Source: Elusimicrobiota bacterium | Lineage (GTDB): Bacteria > Elusimicrobiota > Endomicrobiia > Endomicrobiales > JBDRNC01 | DNA: 64,000 nucleotides | Reading direction: 5' to 3' | Assembly (NCBI GenBank): GCA_043811535.1 | Contig: JBDRNC010000023.1 | Span: 2,216-66,215 of the forward strand | In this document: positions 44,296 through 53,109 of the stretch, piece after piece | How the letters are laid out: each line of letters starts with the position of its first letter | Numbering within the stretch: position 1 is the first letter of the stretch | The notes under the pieces: model-generated | Told to the model about the DNA's origin: nothing | Databases searched by the model: none | The model's input: only the letters and a program-made list of their open reading frames with translations | Position numbers and translations under genes: made by a program

Positions 44296-45100
44296 GTTTT
44301 TGTCCTTCCTTCTTCCGTCTTCCATCTTCCTTCTTTCCTGTTTTTCGGGTTGCGCCACCAATCCCGTCTCCGGCAAGCAGGAGATCCGGCTTTTTTCGGA
44401 TGACGATGAGATAACCCTGGGCTCGCAGACAAAACAGGTCATCATAAAGGAATACGGCGAGTACAGTGACCCGGGACTCAAGCAGTACATCGAAGACGTG
44501 GGAAGAAGGCTGGTTGCCTCAAGCGAAAGAAAGTACCTGCCGTACAACTTCACGATACTTGACACCGACATGATAAACGCCTTTGCCGCGCCCGGAGGAT
44601 GCATTTTCGTGACGCGAGGGATACTTAAGGCCTTTGAAAATGAGGCCGAACTCGCCGCGGTCGTCGGCCACGAGATAGGCCATGTTTCCGCCAGACACAG
44701 CATGGGCGCCCTTGAAAAGCAGTATGGCTATGAGATCATGTTCAAACTTGCGGAAATACTGAGCAAGAAGGACCTCGCTTCGCTGAAACAGTATTCGGAC
44801 ACGCTTTCCGGGCTGATACTGCTGGGTTACGGGCGCGAAAACGAGTTTGAAGCCGACAACTGCGGGGTAAAGTACGCCGTGGCCGCGGGTTTCGACGGGC
44901 GCGGAGCAGTCACATTCTTTCAGAAGCTTGAAAAACTTGAAGGTTCAAAACCGACGCAGCTAGAAATGCTATTCCGCACGCACCCGTCTACGGATGACAG
45001 GATAGCGAAGATCAAGCAATACCTTGTTTCAATAGGTTATCAGCCGCCTGCAAACGCGGCAAACGACGGTTATAAGCAAAGAGTGCAGGCGCTGCCCTGA
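44279..45100 (+). CDS. M48-family zinc metalloprotease lipoprotein
   Basis: Lipobox 'CFSGC' and 'HEIGHVSARH'. The signal-peptide codons are a copy of the pyrimidine-rich arm of the 3' hairpin. Confidence 0.82.
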   Translation: MHLKFRFLSFLLPSSIFLLSCFSGCATNPVSGKQEIRLFSDDDEITLGSQTKQVIIKEYGEYSDPGLKQYIEDVGRRLVASSERKYLPYNFTILDTDMINAFAAPGGCIFVTRGILKAFENEAELAAVVGHEIGHVSARHSMGALEKQYGYEIMFKLAEILSKKDLASLKQYSDTLSGLILLGYGRENEFEADNCGVKYAVAAGFDGRGAVTFFQKLEKLEGSKPTQLEMLFRTHPSTDDRIAKIKQYLVSIGYQPPANAANDGYKQRVQALP

Positions 45101-45112
45101 TAAATGACAAAT

Positions 45113-45185
45113 GCAGAAGGAAGACCGAAGAAGGAAGAATGAAGTAAAAATTTCTTCCGTCTTCCAACTTCCATCTTCCGTCTCC
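45113..45185. repeat. Hairpin repeat, family F (purine-rich 'gaaggaag' arm / pyrimidine-rich 'cttccgtcttcc' arm)
   Basis: Left arm 45113-45144, right arm 45152-45185. 15 nt of the right arm are identical to 44310-44324. Confidence 0.7.
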
Positions 45186-45193
45186 ACTTTATT

Positions 45194-45820
45194 ATGCCTG
45201 ATAAATATATTTTAATCACCGTCGTTGTAGGTTCCCTCGAGACCAATTGCTATCTGCTTGCCGACGCATCCTCAAAACAAACGTTCATCATAGACCCCGG
45301 CGACGCTCCCGAAAGAATAATCAAAAGAATTGAGTATAAGGAATTAAAGCCGACCGCGATTATCAACACGCACGGCCATGCCGACCATATCATAGGCAAC
45401 CAGGCGCTCAGGGAGGTCTACAAGGTGCCTTTATATATCCTCGCGCCTGACAAGGACTACCTCACTGACCCTGCGCTGAATTACTCTCTTTTCGCCGGGA
45501 CCTCGGCCGTCTCTTGCGCGGCAGATAAGCTTTTGAATGACGGTGACGTATTAGAGGCAGGGGGGCTGAAGGTCAAGGTCATCGCTTCTCCCGGCCACAC
45601 GCCTGGAGGAATGCTTCTGCTGTGCGAAGACCTGCTTTTTACGGGAGACACCCTTTTCTGCGGCTCTGCCGGCAGGACCGACCTTCCCGGCGGAGATGAC
45701 GACGCGCTTATGGCTTCCCTGAAAATGATCCGCTCGATGCCCAAACACCTGAAGATTCTCCCGGGCCACGGCCCGGCCTGCAAACTGGAAGAGGAACTGA
45801 AGCATAACCCCTACCTTTAA
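45194..45820 (+). CDS. MBL-fold metallo-hydrolase (glyoxalase II-like)
   Basis: 'NTHGHADHI' and 'SPGHTPGG'. Confidence 0.82.
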   Translation: MPDKYILITVVVGSLETNCYLLADASSKQTFIIDPGDAPERIIKRIEYKELKPTAIINTHGHADHIIGNQALREVYKVPLYILAPDKDYLTDPALNYSLFAGTSAVSCAADKLLNDGDVLEAGGLKVKVIASPGHTPGGMLLLCEDLLFTGDTLFCGSAGRTDLPGGDDDALMASLKMIRSMPKHLKILPGHGPACKLEEELKHNPYL

Positions 45821-45999
45821 TCCTCCCACTTTGAAAAAGGGGGATTGAGGGGGATTTTTATATAGTCATTGCGAGGAAGTCGCCCCGGCGACTGACGAAG
45901 CAATCTCTGCACAAAACAACTCTATAACAACTATGCAAACACAGTATTGACATAAGTAATTCCATATAGGTATGCCGAATTAACATAATTGGAGGCTAC

Positions 46000-46692
46000 A
46001 TGGACAAAACAAATACAGATAATAAAAGCAAAAATACATTTTCCGGTTTTATTGCATTCATTCCGAAATTATTGAAATTATTCGGATTAATTATAGGAAC
46101 ATTCGCAGGAATATTCCTAGTTTATGACAGATTATTATCTCCAATTGAAATAAAAGGAAAAATTATTAGTGGATATGAAATAACCTACAAGAATGAGGCA
46201 AGATCATCTTTACTGAAAATGTCTATCTTTTCAAAGAATCACGATTTTTACTTAAAAGATGTTAATGTGTATATCAAGAAACCAAATAGTAAGTGTGAGC
46301 AGAAATGTATAGTTAGATGTCCTAGAGCTTATGTAATAATTGATGAGTTCAACGGTCGAAAAAGATATAATGCATTAAGAAATGATAAAATAGAATTTAT
46401 TAATACATTTACTGTTTTACCAAAAAATAAAGCAATTTCGGGTTACTTACAATTTACTGATACAAACACAGCCAATGGGCCATATTATGGAAAATACGAA
46501 TATGCGAAAATAGTGTTTATTGATTTTAATAAAAAATCTTATGAGATTATGTTTAATAGCGACAAATTGTATCCAGAAGACAATTTCTACGATGACAGCA
46601 TTTGGAAAGAATCATCATTAAATGAATTTAGTAAATTCTTGAATCAAAAGGAAATGTCTGATTTGCAAAGAAATGGCACATTTCTAAAATGA
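46000..46692 (+). CDS. Membrane-anchored hypothetical protein (ORFan) in an AT-rich island
   Basis: GGAGG at 45991-45995. One N-terminal TM segment (FIAFIPKLLKLFGLIIGTFAGIFLVY). Asn/Lys/Ile/Tyr-rich. I recognise no motif. Confidence 0.6.
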   Translation: MDKTNTDNKSKNTFSGFIAFIPKLLKLFGLIIGTFAGIFLVYDRLLSPIEIKGKIISGYEITYKNEARSSLLKMSIFSKNHDFYLKDVNVYIKKPNSKCEQKCIVRCPRAYVIIDEFNGRKRYNALRNDKIEFINTFTVLPKNKAISGYLQFTDTNTANGPYYGKYEYAKIVFIDFNKKSYEIMFNSDKLYPEDNFYDDSIWKESSLNEFSKFLNQKEMSDLQRNGTFLK

Positions 46693-46740
46693 TAATTAAA
46701 CGCAAATATTCAAGATAGTTTGTGTGCACTAAGGTGTTCG

Positions 46741-47628
46741 ATGAGCGAATTATACTTAAAGCAGTTTGAATCCTATCTGTCGGCCGAGAAGGGTTTAGCA
46801 AAAAACACCCTACTAGCGTACAAATCTGACCTAAAAATCTTCTTTGAGTACCTTGGAAAACTTAATAAGGACATTTTCAAGGTGAAACACGCCGACCTGA
46901 CGGAATTCCTGTGGCAGCACAAGCTTTCCAGCCACCAGCCGCGCTCTGTGGCAAGGATGATGGAAACCCTGCGCCAGTTTTACAGGTTTCTGGTGGCGGA
47001 AGGCCTTACATCTAACGACCCAACCGCTAATCTCATCCCGCCTAAAATAGCATTTAAGCTGCCTTCGATGCTTAACAACAACGAAATAGAGCGGCTCATG
47101 CACGCGGTTTCCGGGCACAAGGAGCGGGAAATCAGGAACCGCGCGATGATAGAACTGCTCTACGCGACCGGACTGAGGGTGTCGGAACTGGTAGGCCTGA
47201 ACACCGAACAGGTTGACCTGAAGATCGGGTTCCTGCGCGTGATAGGTAAGGGGAACAAGGAACGGCTCGTCCCCATAGGTAAAACCGCCCTGCACTATGT
47301 CAAACGCTACCTTGAAGCGCGCGCGAAGAACAAGCGGATGAACCCCGGCGAAAAGGGGCTTTTTTTAAGCAAGCTCGGCAGGAAGATCTCGCGTATGGAG
47401 TTCTGGCGCCAGTTGAAAAACTACGCTAAGAAGGCGGGAATAAACAAAAAGATGACTCCCCATATGCTGAGGCATTCGTTCGCTTCGCACCTCCTTATGG
47501 GTGGGGCCGATCTCAGGTTCGTTCAGGAGATGCTCGGACACTCTTCCATAGTCACCACCCAAATCTACACCCACGTTGACAAGGAACGCCTTAAAGAACT
47601 GCACAAGAAGTACCATCCGAGGGGATAA
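46741..47628 (+). CDS. xerD: Tyrosine recombinase XerD/XerC
   Basis: 'ELLYATGLRVSELVGL' and 'RHSFASHLLMGGADLRFVQEMLGHSSIVTTQIYTHV'. Confidence 0.85.
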   Translation: MSELYLKQFESYLSAEKGLAKNTLLAYKSDLKIFFEYLGKLNKDIFKVKHADLTEFLWQHKLSSHQPRSVARMMETLRQFYRFLVAEGLTSNDPTANLIPPKIAFKLPSMLNNNEIERLMHAVSGHKEREIRNRAMIELLYATGLRVSELVGLNTEQVDLKIGFLRVIGKGNKERLVPIGKTALHYVKRYLEARAKNKRMNPGEKGLFLSKLGRKISRMEFWRQLKNYAKKAGINKKMTPHMLRHSFASHLLMGGADLRFVQEMLGHSSIVTTQIYTHVDKERLKELHKKYHPRG

Positions 47629-47696
47629 AGGGGACGGTTCTATTTTTTGTCAAAAACATAAAATAATCCAAAAATAGAACCGTCCCCTTTATTTCC
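47628..47696 (+). terminator. Intrinsic terminator with a perfect 20-bp stem
   Basis: aaggggacggttctattttt (47628-47647) pairs with aaaaatagaaccgtcccctt (47670-47689), followed by tatttcc. Same family as 61544-61589. Confidence 0.85.
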
Positions 47697-47697
47697 C

Positions 47698-47726
47698 TTG
47701 ACGACAACCCGTTTTCCTGCTATATT
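47698..47726 (+). promoter_or_regulatory. Sigma70-type promoter (TTGACG-17-TATATT) of the LacI-glycosidase operon
   Basis: -35 at 47698-47703 and -10 at 47721-47726. Confidence 0.6.
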
Positions 47727-47745
47727 TATGCCACCGGTGGCATAA
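47726..47745. promoter_or_regulatory. Perfect 20-bp palindrome TTATGCCACCGGTGGCATAA, a candidate LacI-family operator
   Basis: All 10 positions pair. It has a central CG, as LacI/GalR operators do. It overlaps the -10 box and ends 3 nt before the ATG of the LacI gene. Confidence 0.55.
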
Positions 47746-47748
47746 ACT

Positions 47749-48771
47749 ATGAAGATAACGATAGACGACATCGCGAAACAGGCAAGGGTATCCAAAAGAA
47801 CGGTATCCCGCGTATTAAACAACTCTCCTCACGTTAACAAATCCACTAGAAAAACCATAGAGAATATTATCAAGCGCAACGGTTTTAAGGTTAATCTCCT
47901 GGCAAAGGGCCTTTCCGGAGGCACAGGGCTTAATCTTATAGGCATCCTTGCGGGCGTCGAGGCCCTTTACGGCAAATCCTATTTCATAAAAATCATCAAC
48001 AGCATAGAAAATCATTTAAAAGTCAAGGGGTTTAACGCGTTGATAATCAACATTTCAGAAGACCTGTCGGATCCGGGCAATAAGAGCAAGATTGAAATGC
48101 TGCACGGCCTCTTCAATAATAAAGTTATTTGCGGATTGGTTGTTTTGGGCCCCGTTATAAATGACCGGCGAATCAAATACCTGAAAAGAAACGGCATCAA
48201 AGGCATTGTGATAGGCAGTAAAACCGCCGTTAGAGGTTTCGGCTATATAGATTCCGATAACAGGCAGGGAACGCGCGATATGATCGAACATCTGATAGGC
48301 TGCGGCCATAGAAAGATCGCTTTTATAAACGGGCCGTCCGATCTGACTTCTTCAATAGAAAGAAAAGCGGCTTTTTGCGAAACTCTTGAAAAAAACCAGT
48401 TGGAGACCAGGGATGAATACATTGTTAACGGAGATTATACAAGGGGCGGCGGGATGTCGGCGGCCATGCAGCTGCTGATGCTTAAAGTCCGGCCTACAGT
48501 CATAGTTGCCGCCAACGACGACATGGCGCTGGGCGCTTATGACGGTGCAAGGTCTCTCGGTATAAGCATACCGGAAGATATTTCCGTATGCGGCTTTGAC
48601 GACGTTGACGGCGCCGCCCTGGCCCAGCCGCCTCTGACAACGGTATCCCATTCTTATGACAAGATGGGGGAAAAAGCGGCATCCTGCATAGTCGAAAACC
48701 GTTTCAATTTGAAGATAAACCTTCCGGTAACTCTTGTTACCAGGGGTTCCGTATCAAAACTAAACAAATGA
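47749..48771 (+). CDS. LacI-family transcriptional regulator
   Basis: HTH 'ITIDDIAKQARVSKRTVSRVLNN' and the PBP core 'VIVAANDDMALGAYDG...ISVCGFDD'. Confidence 0.9.
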   Translation: MKITIDDIAKQARVSKRTVSRVLNNSPHVNKSTRKTIENIIKRNGFKVNLLAKGLSGGTGLNLIGILAGVEALYGKSYFIKIINSIENHLKVKGFNALIINISEDLSDPGNKSKIEMLHGLFNNKVICGLVVLGPVINDRRIKYLKRNGIKGIVIGSKTAVRGFGYIDSDNRQGTRDMIEHLIGCGHRKIAFINGPSDLTSSIERKAAFCETLEKNQLETRDEYIVNGDYTRGGGMSAAMQLLMLKVRPTVIVAANDDMALGAYDGARSLGISIPEDISVCGFDDVDGAALAQPPLTTVSHSYDKMGEKAASCIVENRFNLKINLPVTLVTRGSVSKLNK

Positions 48772-51512
48772 ATAGGTTAATCGGGCGAATTATTTCATCT
48801 CTGTTTATCATATCAACCGCCGCAGTGGTACTTTCAGCCGCGGCGACGTGGGATCTGCGCAAGGTCGCTTCGCTGTGCAAGGCTTCATCCTCGGAAGGGG
48901 AGAAACCGGTGGGTTTGGCCTTTGACGCTGACACTTGGACCCGGTGGGCCTCCGAATTCAAGGACAACCAGTGGATTTTTCTTGACCTGTCAGAAGTCCG
49001 CGATATAACAAGGATCAATATTATCTGGGAAGCTGCGTACGCGAAAGAATACAGGATAGAACTCTCGGACGACTTTAAGAACTGGAAAGAACTCGTTTAT
49101 GTAAAGGACGGCAAAGGCAAACCGGACAACTTTCTGCCGGAAGGCGGAGTCAGGGCGAGATATATCCGCCTCAACTGCATCAAAAGGGCCACGCAATGGG
49201 GTTTTTCAGTGTATGAATTCGGCGTGTACGGGCCCATGGATGGAGTTGAGCCGGAGCACGGCGGACTGATAGTGCCGGCTTCTAAGATAACCATCTATGA
49301 CCGCGACTGGAAGACGCTTGACCCGTATTTCGCGGCGCAGCTGGCCGCGGACCCTCCCGATTCAAAGAACATGACGGACGACGAGTTCCTCAATCTTATA
49401 GAAAAACGCACATTTGACTATTTCTGGTGCGAAGTAAGCACCGCCACCTTCTGGGTCGTGGACAGCCAGACTTGGAAAACGCACACGTCCATCGCGGGTA
49501 TCGGCTTTCAGCTCGGGGCGTACGTCGCCGGCCATTACAGGGAATACAGGCCGAAGAAAGAAATCTACGACCGCGTAGAAAAACTTCTGGATAACTGCTG
49601 GGACGACCCCAATGACCCTAATGACGTATGCCTGGAGAGCCATTCCGGCTGGGCTTACCACTGGGTCAATATACTGACCGGTAAGTGGGAAGGCCAGGAG
49701 CACGTCTGCACGCACGATTCAATAGCGTACCTGAGCGGAGTGATACTTGCCAAACACTATTTCGCGGGAACGAAGGCCGGCGACATAGCCGCCAAGATAC
49801 TGGACTCGGTTGACTGGAAATGGATAATACACGACGGTTTCAACAAGCGCTTTGTCTCCAACGCCTACGCCTACACCTACGACCCGATGTGCGGAGGCGA
49901 GGTTATTTTTTACGACGGCATGAAGTTCGATTACATCCTGCCTATAGGCGGGATAAAATCCAGCGTCCCGCCTGTATACTGGCACAATTTCGCACAGACA
50001 TTCCCGTGGGAGGACTACAAGGGCGGATACTGGAGGATTGAGCGGCCAGCCATATGGATACACCAATGGGACAATCAGTTCTTCGATTTCAGGTACATGA
50101 AAGACGACTACGCGGATTACTATCAGAACTCGGTTGAAGCCGCGCTGGCCAACAGGCAATGGTGCATCGACAACAAACTCTACGACGAAAGCCTCTGGGG
50201 CGTCGGGCCCTCATACGGCCCCAATGACGACGGGGGATTCACCTACAAGGATTTCGGAGCGCCGCAGGACAAACTGTGTTTCCAGAAAGGCGGCGACAAC
50301 GACGGCACGATTACCCCGAACGCCGCGCTCGGTTCCATCGTCTTCACCCCGAAGGAGTCGATAATGGCCGCAAGGACAATGTACGACAAATATAAAGATA
50401 AGATATGGGAAAAATACGGCTTTACGGACGCCTTCAATCCGAACAAATCGTGGTACTCGGACAGGTATATCTCGATTGACCAGGGGACCATCATCATGAG
50501 CATAGAGAACTACCGCTCGGGCATAATCTGGAAGAATTACGCGAAAGAAGAAGTGGTCTGGAACGGGCTGGACAGGTGCGGGTTCAAAGGCGTTATAGAC
50601 AATTTCGATGAATCAGAACATTCCCCGCCTTACGGCGTATGGAGCGACCCTGATAGCGGAAAATATTACACTTACGTGAAAACTGATGAGAACGTTAAGG
50701 AAGCCGGACATTCCCTCAAGGTCACATACGGCCTGAAAGGTTCGGCGGACAAGCACTTTTCAGTTTCACCGCTGCTTAAGGATTTTTCCAGGTACAAGTA
50801 CCTGTCGTTCTGGGTTAACGGCACGGAAGATATCGCCGTAAGCATCGCCGGCGGAGCGGAGCGGCCCCTTGAACATTCCGCGACAGTCAAATCTTTCTCG
50901 GGATGGAAGAAGGAGTATTTCAAGCTTCCAGCGGAAAGCATTTCAAAAAATGTTGATAAGCTGAATTTCACGGTCAAGAACGCCGGGAAAGGCGCGCTGT
51001 ATTTGGATGATATAACGCTTGTCAACGCGATCGCCGAGGCCGAACCTGTCCTGCTGATAGACGACATGGAGGAGAGCGAAGACCTTAACACGCCGATGAC
51101 ATCGGTCAGCTGCGATATCGACACCTCCGAGGAAAAGAAGCAGGAAGGGAATAAATCGCTGAAGATTGTTTTTGACGGCGCCGCAAAGGGGACGAAGCCG
51201 TGCGTGAAGATCACGCCGCCGTTCAAGGACTGGCGCAAGTGTCACTCCATTTCAATGTGGGTGTACGGGAAAACAAAGATACTGGTGAAACTGAAAGATT
51301 CCGGCGGCCACTCGTTCGAAACGGGCAAGGCGCAGATATCCGCGAAAGACGGCTGGAACCACCTCTTCTTCAATATACAGGCAAACCTGAATCCGGGTAA
51401 CTTCTGGGAACAGAAATACGATAAAGAAAACATAAGGGAAATGCAGATATTCCTGGAACCCGAAAAGGCCTCCAAACCTGTTTACATTGATTCGCTTATG
51501 CTTACGGAATAA
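48768..51512 (+). CDS. Secreted discoidin (F5/8 type C) + glucoamylase-like PF10091/GH144-like (endo-beta-1,2-glucanase-like) catalytic domain + two C-terminal CBM-like domains
   Basis: 'TRWASEFKDNQWIFLDL...YRIELSDDFKNW' is the discoidin module. 'RTFDYFWCE...SIAGIGFQLGAY' and 'YGFTDAFNP...ISIDQGTIIMSIENYRSG' form the GH144-like core. Confidence 0.5.
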   Translation: MNRLIGRIISSLFIISTAAVVLSAAATWDLRKVASLCKASSSEGEKPVGLAFDADTWTRWASEFKDNQWIFLDLSEVRDITRINIIWEAAYAKEYRIELSDDFKNWKELVYVKDGKGKPDNFLPEGGVRARYIRLNCIKRATQWGFSVYEFGVYGPMDGVEPEHGGLIVPASKITIYDRDWKTLDPYFAAQLAADPPDSKNMTDDEFLNLIEKRTFDYFWCEVSTATFWVVDSQTWKTHTSIAGIGFQLGAYVAGHYREYRPKKEIYDRVEKLLDNCWDDPNDPNDVCLESHSGWAYHWVNILTGKWEGQEHVCTHDSIAYLSGVILAKHYFAGTKAGDIAAKILDSVDWKWIIHDGFNKRFVSNAYAYTYDPMCGGEVIFYDGMKFDYILPIGGIKSSVPPVYWHNFAQTFPWEDYKGGYWRIERPAIWIHQWDNQFFDFRYMKDDYADYYQNSVEAALANRQWCIDNKLYDESLWGVGPSYGPNDDGGFTYKDFGAPQDKLCFQKGGDNDGTITPNAALGSIVFTPKESIMAARTMYDKYKDKIWEKYGFTDAFNPNKSWYSDRYISIDQGTIIMSIENYRSGIIWKNYAKEEVVWNGLDRCGFKGVIDNFDESEHSPPYGVWSDPDSGKYYTYVKTDENVKEAGHSLKVTYGLKGSADKHFSVSPLLKDFSRYKYLSFWVNGTEDIAVSIAGGAERPLEHSATVKSFSGWKKEYFKLPAESISKNVDKLNFTVKNAGKGALYLDDITLVNAIAEAEPVLLIDDMEESEDLNTPMTSVSCDIDTSEEKKQEGNKSLKIVFDGAAKGTKPCVKITPPFKDWRKCHSISMWVYGKTKILVKLKDSGGHSFETGKAQISAKDGWNHLFFNIQANLNPGNFWEQKYDKENIREMQIFLEPEKASKPVYIDSLMLTE

Positions 51513-51516
51513 AACG

Positions 51517-53109
51517 ATGCGAAAACTTGTCTTTGCTTTCGCTCTTGCTTTTGCCGCTGTTTTTTCGGGCACCTGCGCGGTTTTAGCCACCGGCGACGGC
51601 GTTTATTACGAAGTATTCGTCCGCTCTTTCTACGATTCCGACGGCGACGGCATCGGCGATTTCAAGGGCTTGACGATGAAACTCGATTATCTCAATGACG
51701 GAAACCCGGCCACGGATACCGACCTAGGTATTAAAGGTATATGGCTCATGCCAGTGCTTGAATCGCCCAGTTACCACGGCTATGACGTGACTGATTACTA
51801 CAAGATAGAGAAAGAGTACGGGACGGAACAGGATTTTGACGCCTTTATAGCCGCCGCGCACAAAAGGGGCATTAAGGTTATCATGGATCTGGTATTAAAC
51901 CATACATCGTCGGAAAACAAGTGGTTCGTAGATCCGATGAAACGCGATTGGTACGTATGGAGAAATACCGTTCCCGCGGAATGGACCAAGCCGTGGGGCG
52001 GGGGCCGCCCGGAAGAGGTATGGCATAAGAAGAACGGAGCTTACTACTACGGAGCCTTCGGCGGGCACATGCCCGAATTGAATTACCAGAATCCGGATGT
52101 CGTCAAACAGATGGAAGACGTTATAAAATTCTGGCTTGACAGGGGCGTTGACGGCTTCCGGCTTGACGCCGTCAGGTATCTCGTGGAAACAGGCGGGGGG
52201 CCGGCCAGGCAGGCGGACACTCCGGAGACGCACGATATCTTAAAAACGCTTTCGAAATACGCGAGGAGCATTAATAAGGATTGTTTTATTGTAGGCGAGG
52301 TCTGGGCCGGCAACGATACCGGCGCGAAGTATTACGGCGGCGGAGAAGAACTCGGGCATGTATTTAATTTTGATCTTGCCTCAGCGATAATCAACTCGGT
52401 AAAATCCAATAATTACTCGGAGATAGAGAATGTCATGAACAGGGCCGCGGGTTATCCTGTTCCAACGGATTTTTACTGTCCATTCCTTGCCAATCACGAC
52501 CAGAACAGGATAGCGTCGGAATTTAAGGGTGACATCCCTAGGATGAAACTCGCCACTAGCATTCTACTGTCAATGAAAGGGATTCCTTTCATGTACTACG
52601 GCGAAGAGGTCGGGATGGCCGGAAGCGGCCCGCATGAGAGCATACGCACGCCCATGCAGTGGGATGTTTCTGCAAACGCGGGTTTTACCAAAGGAAAGCC
52701 GTGGGAAAGGATGCAGGATTACTATTCCGGACAGAACGTGGCGGCGCAGGCTAAAAACCGCGGATCGCTGCTCAACCACTACAAAACACTTATATCTGTA
52801 AGGAACAGCCGCTCGGAGTTTTTCACACATGAAAGAATATACATAAAGAACAACGTTGCCAAGGTATATTCGTACATGTATACGGATGGTTCGTCAGGAT
52901 TACTGTTCGCGCACAATTTTGACGGCGCGCTTTCCAGGGAAATAACGCTGTACATGGAAGAGTCAGGCATGAAAGGCGGGAAATGCGCTTTAGTTAACCT
53001 GATTAGCGGAAAAATACAAAATGTGCCGCTTCCGCACCTTCAGATAGACCCGCTGGCGCCCTACGAAACAAGAATCTATCAAATTGACATCTTAAAGGGA
53101 GAAAAATGA
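51517..53109 (+). CDS. GH13 alpha-amylase-family enzyme (secreted)
   Basis: 'DLVLNHTS', 'GVDGFRLDAVRYL', 'FIVGEVW' and 'FLANHDQNR' are GH13 regions I-IV. Confidence 0.88.
   Translation: MRKLVFAFALAFAAVFSGTCAVLATGDGVYYEVFVRSFYDSDGDGIGDFKGLTMKLDYLNDGNPATDTDLGIKGIWLMPVLESPSYHGYDVTDYYKIEKEYGTEQDFDAFIAAAHKRGIKVIMDLVLNHTSSENKWFVDPMKRDWYVWRNTVPAEWTKPWGGGRPEEVWHKKNGAYYYGAFGGHMPELNYQNPDVVKQMEDVIKFWLDRGVDGFRLDAVRYLVETGGGPARQADTPETHDILKTLSKYARSINKDCFIVGEVWAGNDTGAKYYGGGEELGHVFNFDLASAIINSVKSNNYSEIENVMNRAAGYPVPTDFYCPFLANHDQNRIASEFKGDIPRMKLATSILLSMKGIPFMYYGEEVGMAGSGPHESIRTPMQWDVSANAGFTKGKPWERMQDYYSGQNVAAQAKNRGSLLNHYKTLISVRNSRSEFFTHERIYIKNNVAKVYSYMYTDGSSGLLFAHNFDGALSREITLYMEESGMKGGKCALVNLISGKIQNVPLPHLQIDPLAPYETRIYQIDILKGEK

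Noticed and set aside
46741-47628. Reading the recombinase as a phage/island integrase that brought in the AT-rich ORFan.
   Set aside because: The sequence has the full XerC/XerD-type motifs and normal composition. I saw no flanking direct repeats or att-like duplication. I kept it as xerD and left the island origin open.
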